NCBI RefSeq assembly: GCF_964355755.1
Contig: NC_092674.1
Coordinates: 10,602,001 to 10,666,000, forward strand
Direction of reading: 5' to 3'
Source: Antedon mediterranea
Taxonomy: Eukaryota > Animalia > Echinodermata
DNA: 64,000 nucleotides
The notes under the pieces are model-generated. The model was not told where the DNA came from. It ran no database searches and saw only the letters and a list, made by a program, of their open reading frames with translations. The position numbers were made by a program, and so were the translations under genes. Shown here piece by piece: positions 1 to 11,800 of the stretch. The number at the start of each line of letters is the position of its first letter. The stretch's first letter is position 1.

Positions 1-637
1 ACTTGCACCGGCTCCAGATTTATTTACTTTCTTTCGCCGCTTTATACGACGACCCCTTCAATTTCGTTTGGATATTAAATCCTTCTTTATGAGGATGGCC
101 CATCTGCTAACGTGTCCGCCATGTCGTTGAACACAGACATCTTGTTGCCGCCGGTGCTTTTACGCCAGTTTTTCACTTCCAACCGATCTCTGAACTCAGG
201 GCTTCCCCACAATGAAATAAGGTATTTTACTGCGGTTTCTCGCCAATGCGCGCGCTTTGATGACATTTTAAATTAATTAATATAATAATACAGTAATAAT
301 ACTGTATAGTGTAACAACAAAAGGTATGATTTTTTCGCACGTTCACCGATCACAACAAATGGATCAGCTTGGCTATACGATGAGGAGCACATGTCACGAT
401 GTGATGTGGCGAATATTGTAATTTGATTGGCTAGATATCTAACCTAGGTCATATTCATCGATGCGTGACTTTCGTATTGTAAGCGACGTCCACTAAACTC
501 ATACCTTGAGCTTTCGTAGCATACGAAATATCAGTGTCGTACGAGGTGGCTTCCACTTATCTTTTCCTGGTTCAGACCTATGGACTTGTACGCCGCATAC
601 AATACGAAAGCATAACTCCGTAGGTCTGAACAGGCCC
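1..637 (-). mobile_element. Relic PIF/Harbinger-like DNA transposon end carrying a broken Myb/SANT-like ORF
   Basis: The minus strand from ATG at 266 reads MSSKRAHWRETAVKYLISLWGSPEFRDRLE...VFNDMADTLA. After frameshifts it continues ...IQTKLK..YKAAKE..NKSGAGAS, a Myb/SANT-like pattern. The terminus ...GTCTGAACAGGCCC is followed by TGA (possible TNA TSD). A similar terminus lies at ~40411-40425. Confidence 0.5.
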
Positions 638-644
638 TGAGGCC

Positions 645-1238
645 AAGCCATGTCCCATGAGGATATATTCATTAATAAGCTGTTTCATAGCGGTAGCTTT
701 AGTATCTAAGGCCGACAGTTTGGCAAATTTGCAAACTCAACTATAATTTATAGGTCCCAGCTTTTGGACCCAAAAGACATCTGGGTAAAGAGAGTCTATG
801 AGGGGTCACGGTTGAACGATTTTGGATTCTTGCCCTTTGATTGGTTGACGCGAATCAACAAATTGTGGAAGAATTTGTTGTCTCTAGAGGGTATTCAGTT
901 GCATGCCTACATTTCAGGTTGAGGTCACACACAAACAGGCCACAGCACATTAAAGTTCAAAATTACCATTTTTAAATGCCCTTTTTGAATTAGATTAATA
1001 TTTGTTGGCAAATAATACATTGTAGGAAAGGTACACATGTCTTTTTTCAAATGCTGTGTATACAATTAACTAGTGAAAAAATGGGCATGTGATTCATAAT
1101 TAAAGAATCTGTGATTTGTATGTATCTTTGCGATTAAAGGACATCTTTTTAATAATTAATCATAAATTATTAATTAAAAGAACAATGATTAATTTTAAAA
1201 TGTCGAGCAGCGTTTTTTGTAAGAAATATTTCTTGTTT
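645..1238 (+). repeat. Dispersed repeat, copy 1 (copy 2 at ~20028-20527)
   Basis: Colinear with 20028-20527, e.g. TAGTATCTAAGGCCGACAGTTT, CACGGTTGAACGATTTTGGATTCT and GTAAGAAATATTTCTTGTT occur in both copies. Confidence 0.85.
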
Positions 1239-1287
1239 AGGGTGGGTAATTTATTACTATTAAAAGGGGGGTTACTATTAGAGTACA

Positions 1288-1395
1288 ATATTCACATTCA
1301 TAAGGTGTCTCTCCTGTATGTATTTTCAAATGTTTTTAAATGCCCAATTTACATTCATATGGTGTCTCCTGTGTGTTTTTCAACTTTCCACTTTC
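1288..1395 (-). pseudogene. Fragment of degenerate C2H2 zinc-finger repeats
   Basis: The minus strand encodes HTGETPYE-like linkers (ACAGGAGAGACACCTTATGAATGT), homologous to the 2265-2755 array. Confidence 0.55.
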
Positions 1396-2264
1396 TATAA
1401 ATTTTTTTTAATTTAAAACCAAACAAGCATCGCGCGCGGATTGATATTTTCATATTGTGATGTGATGCACCCAATTTGATCATCATGTGAAAGGATAAAC
1501 AAATAAAAGCGAAAATACCAATTTGTATTAACTGATTCTGCCCGAAAATGAAAGACAATTAATTAAGCTATGAGACAACGTCAGGCTACGCCTATAGCTA
1601 GCGTACGATGTACGTTACCACTTTTTACCAGCTAGGCCTACAAAACTACGGTAAGCCTAATTAAGCTTGGCTAGAAACATCTACGAGAGAACTTTCGACT
1701 CGAGCTACTTAGGTAGTGCATTGTTTTCTTTTTTTTTTCTGTAATTAACCTTTGAACGCACATTTAAGACAAGAAATGACCTGGTTTAATGTTTTTATGC
1801 ATTCTTTTTAGTTTAGTGTCTTTAATTTTAAGCAGCAACTACCTTGATAAAATCTACAGGTAAGACATTAACAAAACTTAAAGATGTTATTGTTATTGGG
1901 CCCTTCTGCCCCCTAAAAAAAACATGAAAAATTATCAGCCTTTGATTTTGTCAAGATTAAAAACTAAAAAAACTGTTTCACAGTCATAAACAACATATTG
2001 CCTTTTTATTTATTCACTTTTTTTTTTTTTTTTTTGCAATGCAAAGACTTAAGATATCTTAGGTCTTAGTTTTCTAGACACCTCCCGCCAAACCCTGTAT
2101 TGTTCTATTGACAATTTAAAGTATATTATTTTTATGCACCAAGGGGAATATTATATTAGTGGCCTTAATGGTAGTTAGACAAAAAAAATATACAATATGT
2201 ATTAATTCAAAAATATATTATAACTGGTGGTGGAAGGAAGGTATTAATCAGTAGTACATACAGT

Positions 2265-2755
<491 letters not shown>

Positions 2756-2916
2756 GTAATCAAATTAATTTACCTGTTAATTACGTAAACTTGTTGTTTT
2801 TGGTTCGAATTTTCAACTTAAAGTGAATAACTTTAATACGTATTACTTTAATATGGCCAATTTAAATTTAGAATATTTTGACCTTAATTTTTTGTGTTTC
2901 AAGGGACAATACATCT

Positions 2917-3195
2917 TTAAACAGAACAAAGTCAAAGTTCGAAGTTAGCGAGGTACCTTTTCTGGGTCACATTGTGTCCAAAGATGATCTCCAGCCAGAT
3001 TCAACGAAAATCGATTGATTTCTATACATGTTTGACAAATTAATATAAAAAAAAATAAATAAAAAAAAAAGACAATGATTACAGACTTAGTACAAGTCTA
3101 GGTAACTACCTAAATTCATTCCTACCAAAACAATCGAACATATAAATGGAACCAATATCAGCACTAACTGGTACAGGTACAGTTTGGTCCTAATA
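2917..3195 (+). mobile_element. Decayed Ty3/Gypsy reverse-transcriptase fragment
   Basis: 2917-3015 translates LNRTKSKFEVSEVPFLGHIVSKDDLQPDSTKID, the typical RT C-terminal FLGH...PDP.K pattern. Broken LG..NYL and EP..L remnants follow. Confidence 0.65.
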
Positions 3196-3990
3196 ACTAT
3201 TACAAACAATGCCTAGTTAGGTCTACCAGCAGAAAGCAGTAATCTGCTAGTCTTGGAAATGATAACCTCTTTCTAGCCTATGTAATACGAATCCGGGACG
3301 ATTCGGCCGGCCCACTTTTCGCGGGACTATTCTGCCCACTTTTGGGGCGAAACGACCCACTTTCTTTGTGGGCCGAAACAACATCTCACTTTGTCCAAGC
3401 CAATAATTGTTAATTTGTTCTCATACTCACAACATACCATGTTGGGCCGTTAGTAACACGTTTACATAATTTAGCCACCGATAAAGTACCCTTTTGACAA
3501 CAAAAAATGCCTTTCAAATCAACACCTTTTCTCAAATATTTCGCTCGAGGTAACTATACCAAAGTGAACCAATTCCGCAAGATGGCCAGACAGCAGGTCT
3601 ATCGACGACGATCAAGTGAATTAACTGTACTGCTAGCTAGCTGGAGTAAATCATTTTTTACTTTCTGAACCTCGCAACGTCTGTTTTTTTTTTGCTGACT
3701 TATTAAATCCCACGATCGGGTTTTTTCTTCCGTTTTCCAAAGGGACACTGTATTGATTGATGGAAAGTGCCTGTTTCCAGTTACCTTTAGGGTCACCATA
3801 CCAACAACATACTTTATTAGGGTCAAATCTATTTTATTACTGCTCTCTTGTGTATAAAAGAGAGAAAATAGTGACTTATAAGTTTTAGTGCATGTCCTAT
3901 TATTAATGAAACTGACACCAGTTTTTTACACCAATAGCCAATCAGATGGGCAGGAATTTGGCTTGGTAGGGATCAACATCTGAATATTGT

Positions 3991-4279
3991 AGATATCTCT
4001 ATTAATAGAGATATCTCTATTAAAAACTAAGATATCTTAGTTTTAAATAGAGATATCTTAGTTTTTAATAGAGATATCTTAGTTAATAGAGATATCTCTA
4101 TTAATAGAGATATCTCTATTAAAAACTAAGATATCTCTATTAATAGAGATATCTCTATTAAAAACTAAGATATCTTAGTTTTAAATAGAGATATCTTAGT
4201 TTTTAATAGAGATATCTCTATTAATAGAGATATCTTAGTTTTAAACTAAGATATCTTAGTTTTAAACTAAGATATCTTT
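3991..4279. repeat. Palindromic minisatellite built on 15 AGATATCT cores
   Basis: 15 GATATC sites about 17-21 bp apart, with arms AATAGA/TCTATT or AACTAA/TTAGTT. Confidence 0.95.
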
Positions 4280-4598
4280 ATTTCCGAATAAATGACAGCT
4301 TGGCACGCCATATAGCAGAGAGATATAATATAGTTCACTATATATCTTTTGATTATAGATACCTGAAATAACTTTAGTTAGGAGTTGAATGGAATACAAA
4401 GATTATAAAGTGTTATTAAAAGTCATAATATATTATATATTTATATATAATTATAGATAAACAGGTTGTTTATTTATTATTATTAATCGCATTGGGGCTA
4501 CTAGTGACCTACATGGGGTACTGTACAGTACAGACAGGACAATTAACATTCTTGGTATGGTGACCAGTGAATACACTTGCTTTTAGCACAGTTCAGAT

Positions 4599-4990
4599 AT
4601 GGCAAAATTAAAATTGTCTACAGAACTAATTGATTATTATCGGGAAGAAGAAGTGTTATGGAATATTCTGATGCCAGAATATAAGGACAGAGATAAACGA
4701 AAAGCGGCGTTAAATAAGATTGCTGTCAAGCTTGGAGTAACTGGTAGGTATATTTGCACTTGTCATTTTATATACTATATACTATAATAGGATATATACA
4801 GTATATTATAAATAGTGAAGGCATAAAAAGATTGTAGACATGCAATAGATCATATTTGATTTTATTAGTTAAATTGCATACAACTAAAACTACGTATTAT
4901 ATATTATATATATTATCCTATGACGTTAATTTACATTGTCTGTCTATTTTTATTTACAGCATCTGATCTACAGACAAAAATAAACAGAAT
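4599..4990 (+). pseudogene. MADF (Myb/SANT-like in Adf-1) domain gene fragment, probably transposon-derived
   Basis: 4599-4743 reads MAKLKLSTELIDYYREEEVLWNILMPEYKDRDKRKAALNKIAVKLGVT. The donor G|gtaggt and acceptor ttacag|4960 continue in frame as ASDLQTKIN, matching the MADF pattern LI..Y....LW......YKD..KR..A...IA..L...KI. Confidence 0.55.
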
Positions 4991-7276
4991 AGCAAAGCAG
5001 AGAGCAGAGAAAGTATTTACACAATGGTTGACAAGGTCAATCCTTGAATACCTACAATATACAAAGATTGTCCCTAAATTGCAAGCTTATGACATTCTAT
5101 TCAAAAAGTAGGTAATTAGTGACCAAGTGAAGAAATGACTGTGGGATTGCAACACTCTTCTCCTGACGTCCTATCAATCAATACAAGTCCCTTTGGAAGA
5201 CGGAAGAAAAAACCCGATCGTGGGACTGCAGCTCTGTGTCATACCTAACACACACACGTCACACACAACCTCACAGACTACTAGAACATGGGCTTTAGAG
5301 ACTAATAATTAGGCCTAATTAATAGTATTAATAGAAACTATAATTTTAACACGTAATTCTTTAGTAATAAATTATATTAAAAACACTATTATAAACTAAA
5401 GGCTGATCTTCAACAATCCACAAAAAACGCCGCTATTCTTTTATGAAATCGCATGCCCGCAACCACACAGCGGAGATAGGCCTAGAATCGTATCGAAGTT
5501 GTGTAATCACTTCTTGTTGCTATAAGTTTTGGGTGCACACGGAACAAGAAAATTTAACTGATGAATTATTCATGTTTATTTTGTGACGTTTCAAAACTTA
5601 TGTACGAAAAAAAAAATCGCGCCCGGGCAGCACTGCATCACAGGAAAAAGTTGACGCCGCCCGTTTTGTCGACAGGGCATTTCACCGACAGGGCATTTTG
5701 CCGACATGACATTTCGCCTACAGGACATTTTCGTCGATGAACAAAACGCCCTGGCGTATTCAAGTGTTCATTGAGAGTTTTTAGGAGGCATTTATTCAAG
5801 GGGGGCATTTTTTTGTGGTGTAATGTTAAGATAATTAAATAAATTCCCTCTAGATATGAAAAAATGTATTACTTGTGAGGTTTTCCAATTACATTTACAG
5901 AACTGGCATACTTTATGGTAGGTATAGTCCGATCATTACCATAAAAATAACCATAGTAGATTTGATGTAAACAATACGGTCGGAATACGGTATACCTTTC
6001 ACATTTTATAAGTTATAGACCTACATCAGACACTGATCTATAATTTTCACCTACTGCGGTCGCCATTTCCTTGTTTTGTATTCTTTTGCCTGTGATTAAA
6101 ACATTTGATTTCTAATAATTAAATGAACGTTTCCATTTTTGTGAAAATTCAGTCACCGTTTCTAATAATAGTGAATTAAGATTCATTTTATGTAATTAAT
6201 GAATGAATTTTAATTTTTAAGAAATAATGTTTATTTGAATTGATCTATTACCATGTCATCTGCCCAATATTTATTTAAAAAATAATTTAAAATTGAAAAT
6301 GTTTGTGGTTGGTCGCTTTCTTGTAGATGCTTTAATTGTAGAATGTAATTATTTTGTTTATTTCTGTGCTCTGTTCTGGGTTGACCAACTAGCATAGGTG
6401 TTTAGCACCTCTTTGGTCTTTTCTTGCGTTTTATATTTGTTTTGTTTTCTTTGTGTTGTTGAATAAAATAAAATTGAATTAAAAAAAAGGCTACCTATAT
6501 TGTATTAAATATACTTGCACCTAAGTTCTTACATTCAATCATTTTATATACAGTTTGTTAAAAAATATTGATGATGAATGCGAGAAAAATAATAAGGTGG
6601 ACACGATAGTCACACAAAGCTAACCTGTAATAAATAACATATAGATCCATTATTATTATATTTTATTAATTTAAACAAATAAACTTTTATTATCGTCAAA
6701 ATCTGTTTCAAATTTCTCAAAAGTTGGTGATAATATTATTAGTGTTTTTCTTTTGATATTTTCCTGATTCCCATCATTCCCAGCTTGTCAATAAAGAAGT
6801 ATAATAACAGAGAATTACAGGAATTGTACAACGCAAAGTTTCATTTATTTTATTTCGTACATTTTAATGTATAGTATATACAGTGTATACACAATCAATC
6901 TAACAACAATTTATATAAAATACAACTTGTCTACTATAATATTACAAACACAGAATACAGAATAACAATGAAATTATGAATGGATTCGGAAAATTCAATC
7001 TTCATTTTAAGTTTCAATAAACTCGCCATATAAATCATTATACCATTAGTTTTATTAAGAATATTATTTTTAGAAAAATAAAGAACATTAAGAATTTGGA
7101 GGTGAAACAATTTAAATATATAAGGATTGTCTATTAAATGTTATTGGAGCTTATGGAATCAGGTGATTAATTTTACTCCTGGTGTATTTTTCTTTATACC
7201 TGGAGGATGGAGAGGATCAAATGAGAAAAAAACATGTCCATTTAAGATTAACATTTAAATTATATTTATATATAAA

Positions 7277-7443
7277 GTTTGCGGTACACCACATATATTT
7301 AGTTCTGAAAAGAACTGTTGAGTTTTCGTCGTTTCGACCAATATACTTTGATCGGCCTCACTCCAGAGTATATTGATTGAAACGTCAATAAACTCAACAG
7401 TTTATTTTAGAACTAAATATATCCTACGTGGTGTACGGAAAAC
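7277..7443. repeat. Imperfect fold-back palindrome (~75-bp arms)
   Basis: ATATATTTAGTTCTGAAAAGAACTGTTGAGTTT...CAATATACT pairs with AGTATATTG...AAACTCAACAGTTTATTTTAGAACTAAATATAT. Confidence 0.8.
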
Positions 7444-8310
7444 AGTACATCAACACACTGATTTCGCCATGCAAACCTTCAAACAATAACATTTAAAGTA
7501 GTTTTAATTGGAATTACAGAACAATGTAGTTCAGCACCAGCTGGTATTGTATGGAAATCAGTCATTAGCCACCCAGACTGCCATTGTTAGGTTGGGAGTG
7601 GCCGACAATATTGGGGTGTTGGCTTGCTCAGCTTAAGTTACATTGTATACTTCGTATTTATACCCTTTTATTCTTATAAAAATGTTTAATTTAATTGATT
7701 TTGAATATCTAAATGGAAAAGATTACGTGTACACTATATTATTTATTTAATTGATTAAACCAGGTTTGGCGCTACATAAAAACACCCAAGATTTTTATTC
7801 ACCCCAATCTAACAATGCTAAGTCCAAAATAGGTGGTTATTTTATGGTTGGTTATTTTCCGGGTGGTTAATGTGCCATCTATTAATCTTACTAACAATCT
7901 ATTGCATAAAACGATCAACAGAATATATTCATTGCTCTTCATATTTCAGTGAAACCAAACTTGAATCTGATACTCATTTTGTGATGGCAAGTTGTACAAG
8001 AAAACAATGGTTTTAAAAGATATCAAAGTACAGAATAATTATGGACTAGGCATTTTGGTATTGAATTCACATATGTGGTACATAAATACATGTATATTCC
8101 ATTTCAACTAATGTACTTCCAATTTTTCTATTTTTGTGCAAATTATTGATATTCACACAATGTCGATTAAATAGGACATTCATTACTCACATACATCTTA
8201 TAAATAAAGTAAATCAAACATACAAAACTATAAATAGAAAGGCAAATTTCGCCGATATTTTAACCTAGTAGAAAATTTAATTCTACACCTGTGTTCAACT
8301 TCTCTAACTA

Positions 8311-8440
8311 TTAGGAAGCTTTCGATTTGACGACCTGCCTAGATCAGGTCAAGTGATGTGTCGTCTACAAATCATCAACACTGTATCAAGCTAGAAAGCA
8401 AGGAAACGCATCCTACTATCACAAATCGAAAGCTCTCTAT
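8311..8440. mobile_element. Short MITE-like element
   Basis: Terminal inverted repeats AGCTTTCGATTTG ... CAAATCGAAAGCT around ~100 bp. Confidence 0.55.
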
Positions 8441-8818
8441 TATTATAAAAAAGGACCAGACCCTACCAGGACAACTATCCTTCCTATTAAAACCACTGGT
8501 AGGCCAACTATCCAACTAAAACTAATCTTTTAAGGGTTATTTTATTTTCTTTATCTTAGGTGGGTTGCTAGACGAGATTATTTTAGGGAGGAAGCTGGGC
8601 TGGGGCAATGTTATCTTCAGAGGAAGGGGTGGTGGCCTGGAGATGATTTTATTCCAGAGAGGTTGCTGGTCTAGGAAAGGGGGCCCTGACTTAGAGAGAT
8701 GATAACATAGGAAGCTTACTAGTCTTAGGAGAAGGGAGGTGTGTGAGGAGTTAATTTAAGACAGACAATTCACTAGCTTTAACTTGTACAAGAAAACACA
8801 AAATATGTAAACTGGTGG

Positions 8819-11800
8819 TTAATATAAACTCGTCTTCTTCATGATACGCAAAAATTCACTTTCATTAATCTCACCATCATTATCTCGGTCCGCCTCATCA
8901 ATCATTTCCTGTAGAAAAAACAGTACATATATGTATTAGTATAATCATTATACTAAATAGTAGTCTCTATTTCTTTTATATGCATATCTTAAGAAACTGA
9001 ATGTTCTTCCAATCCATTATTTTTTTTTTTAATTGATGTAAGCACCGAAAAAGTTTAGAAAAATGTTGTTTCATATAAAAAAAGGGTGGTTCTCAAAAAA
9101 AGGTCCTTCCGTAACATAGCCCGATCGGTTTTAAAAAATGTTGCAATTGGGTATGGTTAAACCTTAGGAATGACCCAAACATGTAATTACTGACCCACAC
9201 ATGTAATTACTGACTAATACACGTAATTATTGACCAATACATGTAATTACTGACCTGATTACTCAGTTTTCTAGTTCCAAAATGGAACTAGAAAACCCAG
9301 ATCATCAAATGGATTGTTCCATTATTATTAGAGGGTAGCATATTTGGAATACTACATAGTTTTATACGTTTTCTTACTAATAAAATAATAATAATTATTG
9401 TAACTTGTAGTAGTAGCCTACGACTTAAATCATAAAGAAATACAGTATACACCTTTTAAAATGTAGGCTTAGCATTTAGGCCTAGCTTAGCAAACTCAAT
9501 TAAAGGCTCAACGTGTGGGCGCTATCGAGATGTATCGCGAAGAGTAGGTCTGGTCTTACAGTACTAGACAAGAAGTGGTCAACTCGTACCCAAAATAACT
9601 CGTACCTATTCCCAACTTGGCTAACTCGTACCTCAACCAACTCGTACATGCCTCATTTTTAAGTCTATTTTAATTACTAACCCATACATGTAATTACTAA
9701 CCCATACAGTACATGTAATTACTGACTTATACAGTACATGTAATTAATAAGTCATACATGTAATTACTGCCCAGTCACAAATACATATAACATGTCATTA
9801 CTGACCCGTACCCCAATACATGTAATTACTGACCCATACATGTATTTACGTTATTAGTTATATTACCTGTAACTCCTCATCTGTCAGATTTTCACCAAGC
9901 TCCTTCGCTACACGCTTCAAATTCTTGAAGGATATCTTGCCGGTTTCATCATCGTCAAACAAACGAAATGCTTTCAAAATTTCTTCTTTTGAGTCTTTTT
10001 CACTCTAAATAAACCAATTAGTAAATTTAAAGTAAAATATACTCAATAATAATAAAAAACATATTAGGACAAAATAAAAATATAGCTTGTTTCTGGTCAA
10101 GCGCCCAGGTGGAAAAAAAAATCCCACCCGCTAACATTTTTTGGGGGATTTCCCAATTCATCAGATACGGTAAGAGGAGGACTAGATCTACGTCTTTTTG
10201 TATATTTTCATTTATTACATGCATTTACGATCCATATAAATAATAAGGCATGATGGGTTTACAGTTTACCCTTCTGTATTGAAGTTTTCCTTTAGTTTAA
10301 AATAATGCGATCAAAAAGCATGTTAGCAAGCCAATCATCAAGGCCCAACAGCTAAAGAACGTGCTGTTCAAATAACTAGCAAACGGAATAAGGCCTAGAC
10401 ATAGCTTGCACATTTGTTTTTCAACAAATTACAAACTATTTAGCCTGTTTAGGTAATTTTGGGTGTTACTACTATATGTACTGTACTACTGTACTATATC
10501 ATGATTTATCACTCACAGCGACTGGGACAATATTGTTATGGTCGATGTATTGTTTTTGTCTAGGAGGGTAGGGCTTATTAATTTAATCGGGCTAGCCTAG
10601 TAATTTAATAATTACTGTTGAAATATGCCTATCCTACAGTAGGCTCTATTTTACTCACCATTTTAGTTGTCATCATTGTTAGAAAGTCATTGAAATCAAT
10701 TGTGCCTGTTCCCTCTTTGTCAATATCTTGAATCATTTTTCTAATCTCTTCTTTTTTGGGTTCAAATCCAAGTGCTCGCATGGCAACCTATAACAATATT
10801 GAAAAAAAAAATACAAGTTGCTGTACTTACAGTACATACATACAATATTTATTTTTCTTAGTTGGAGAGAGTGAGAGATGATCCAAATATATTGGGAGAC
10901 TGCATATCGTGCATGGAGGTGAGATTGCTGCAAAATTACGTACATTTCTTTGTAAATTATTATCAGTACAGTATGTATTTTTATTCATCCATGATTAACA
11001 AAAGAAAGAGATGGATTAAATATTCTTACAATAACGTTACCTTTAATTCTTTTGAATCAATTGTACCAGTTCCTTCTGTATCAAAAAGGTCAAAAGCTTC
11101 TCGAATTTCCTGCTTTTGTTCTTCTGTCAGTTCTGGTTTAGGCCCTGTTCGTTTCTTCTGTGATCCGCCAGCAGCAGATTTGTTATATCTCGAAGCCTGT
11201 ATTTAATTATTAAAAACTTGTTAGGATTGTTAATTTAATAAAACATAATAAAATAGAGAAACTTACTATTGACATAAAAATATACATTTGTTAAATAACT
11301 ATTTGGCTTTGGTAGGATTAAATTAATAATTGAAATGGGCCTAGGTCTAGGTGTCGCTACTGTACTTTTTCCCAATTTAAAAACGCAGCGCAGCGGTGAG
11401 TGATGATGAGTGACTGTGAAGTGAGTTTTGTTTTTTTCTCACGCCCACATCATAAAATTTTGGGCCATTATGTAACATGTTCCCATGATTTAGCCACCGT
11501 TATATTACCTTTATCACAATAAAAAATGCCTTTCAAAACAGCTCATTTTCCGCGAATACTTCGATCGAACTGTGGCCATTTTAGAATCAGGAAATTGCCA
11601 GAAATCAATGCATGTTTTATTTCTGTTTTTATTTTTAAACTGCAAAGAGTGGTGGTTTTAATAAAGAACCAGCTGAACATATCAAAATGGCGACGATACA
11701 AGTCCGTACATAAAACATTGATAGGACCTATTAATAATATGAATAATAATACTCATAATAAGATATTAATTTAACCTCTATTTCGCCAGCTGAAAACATT

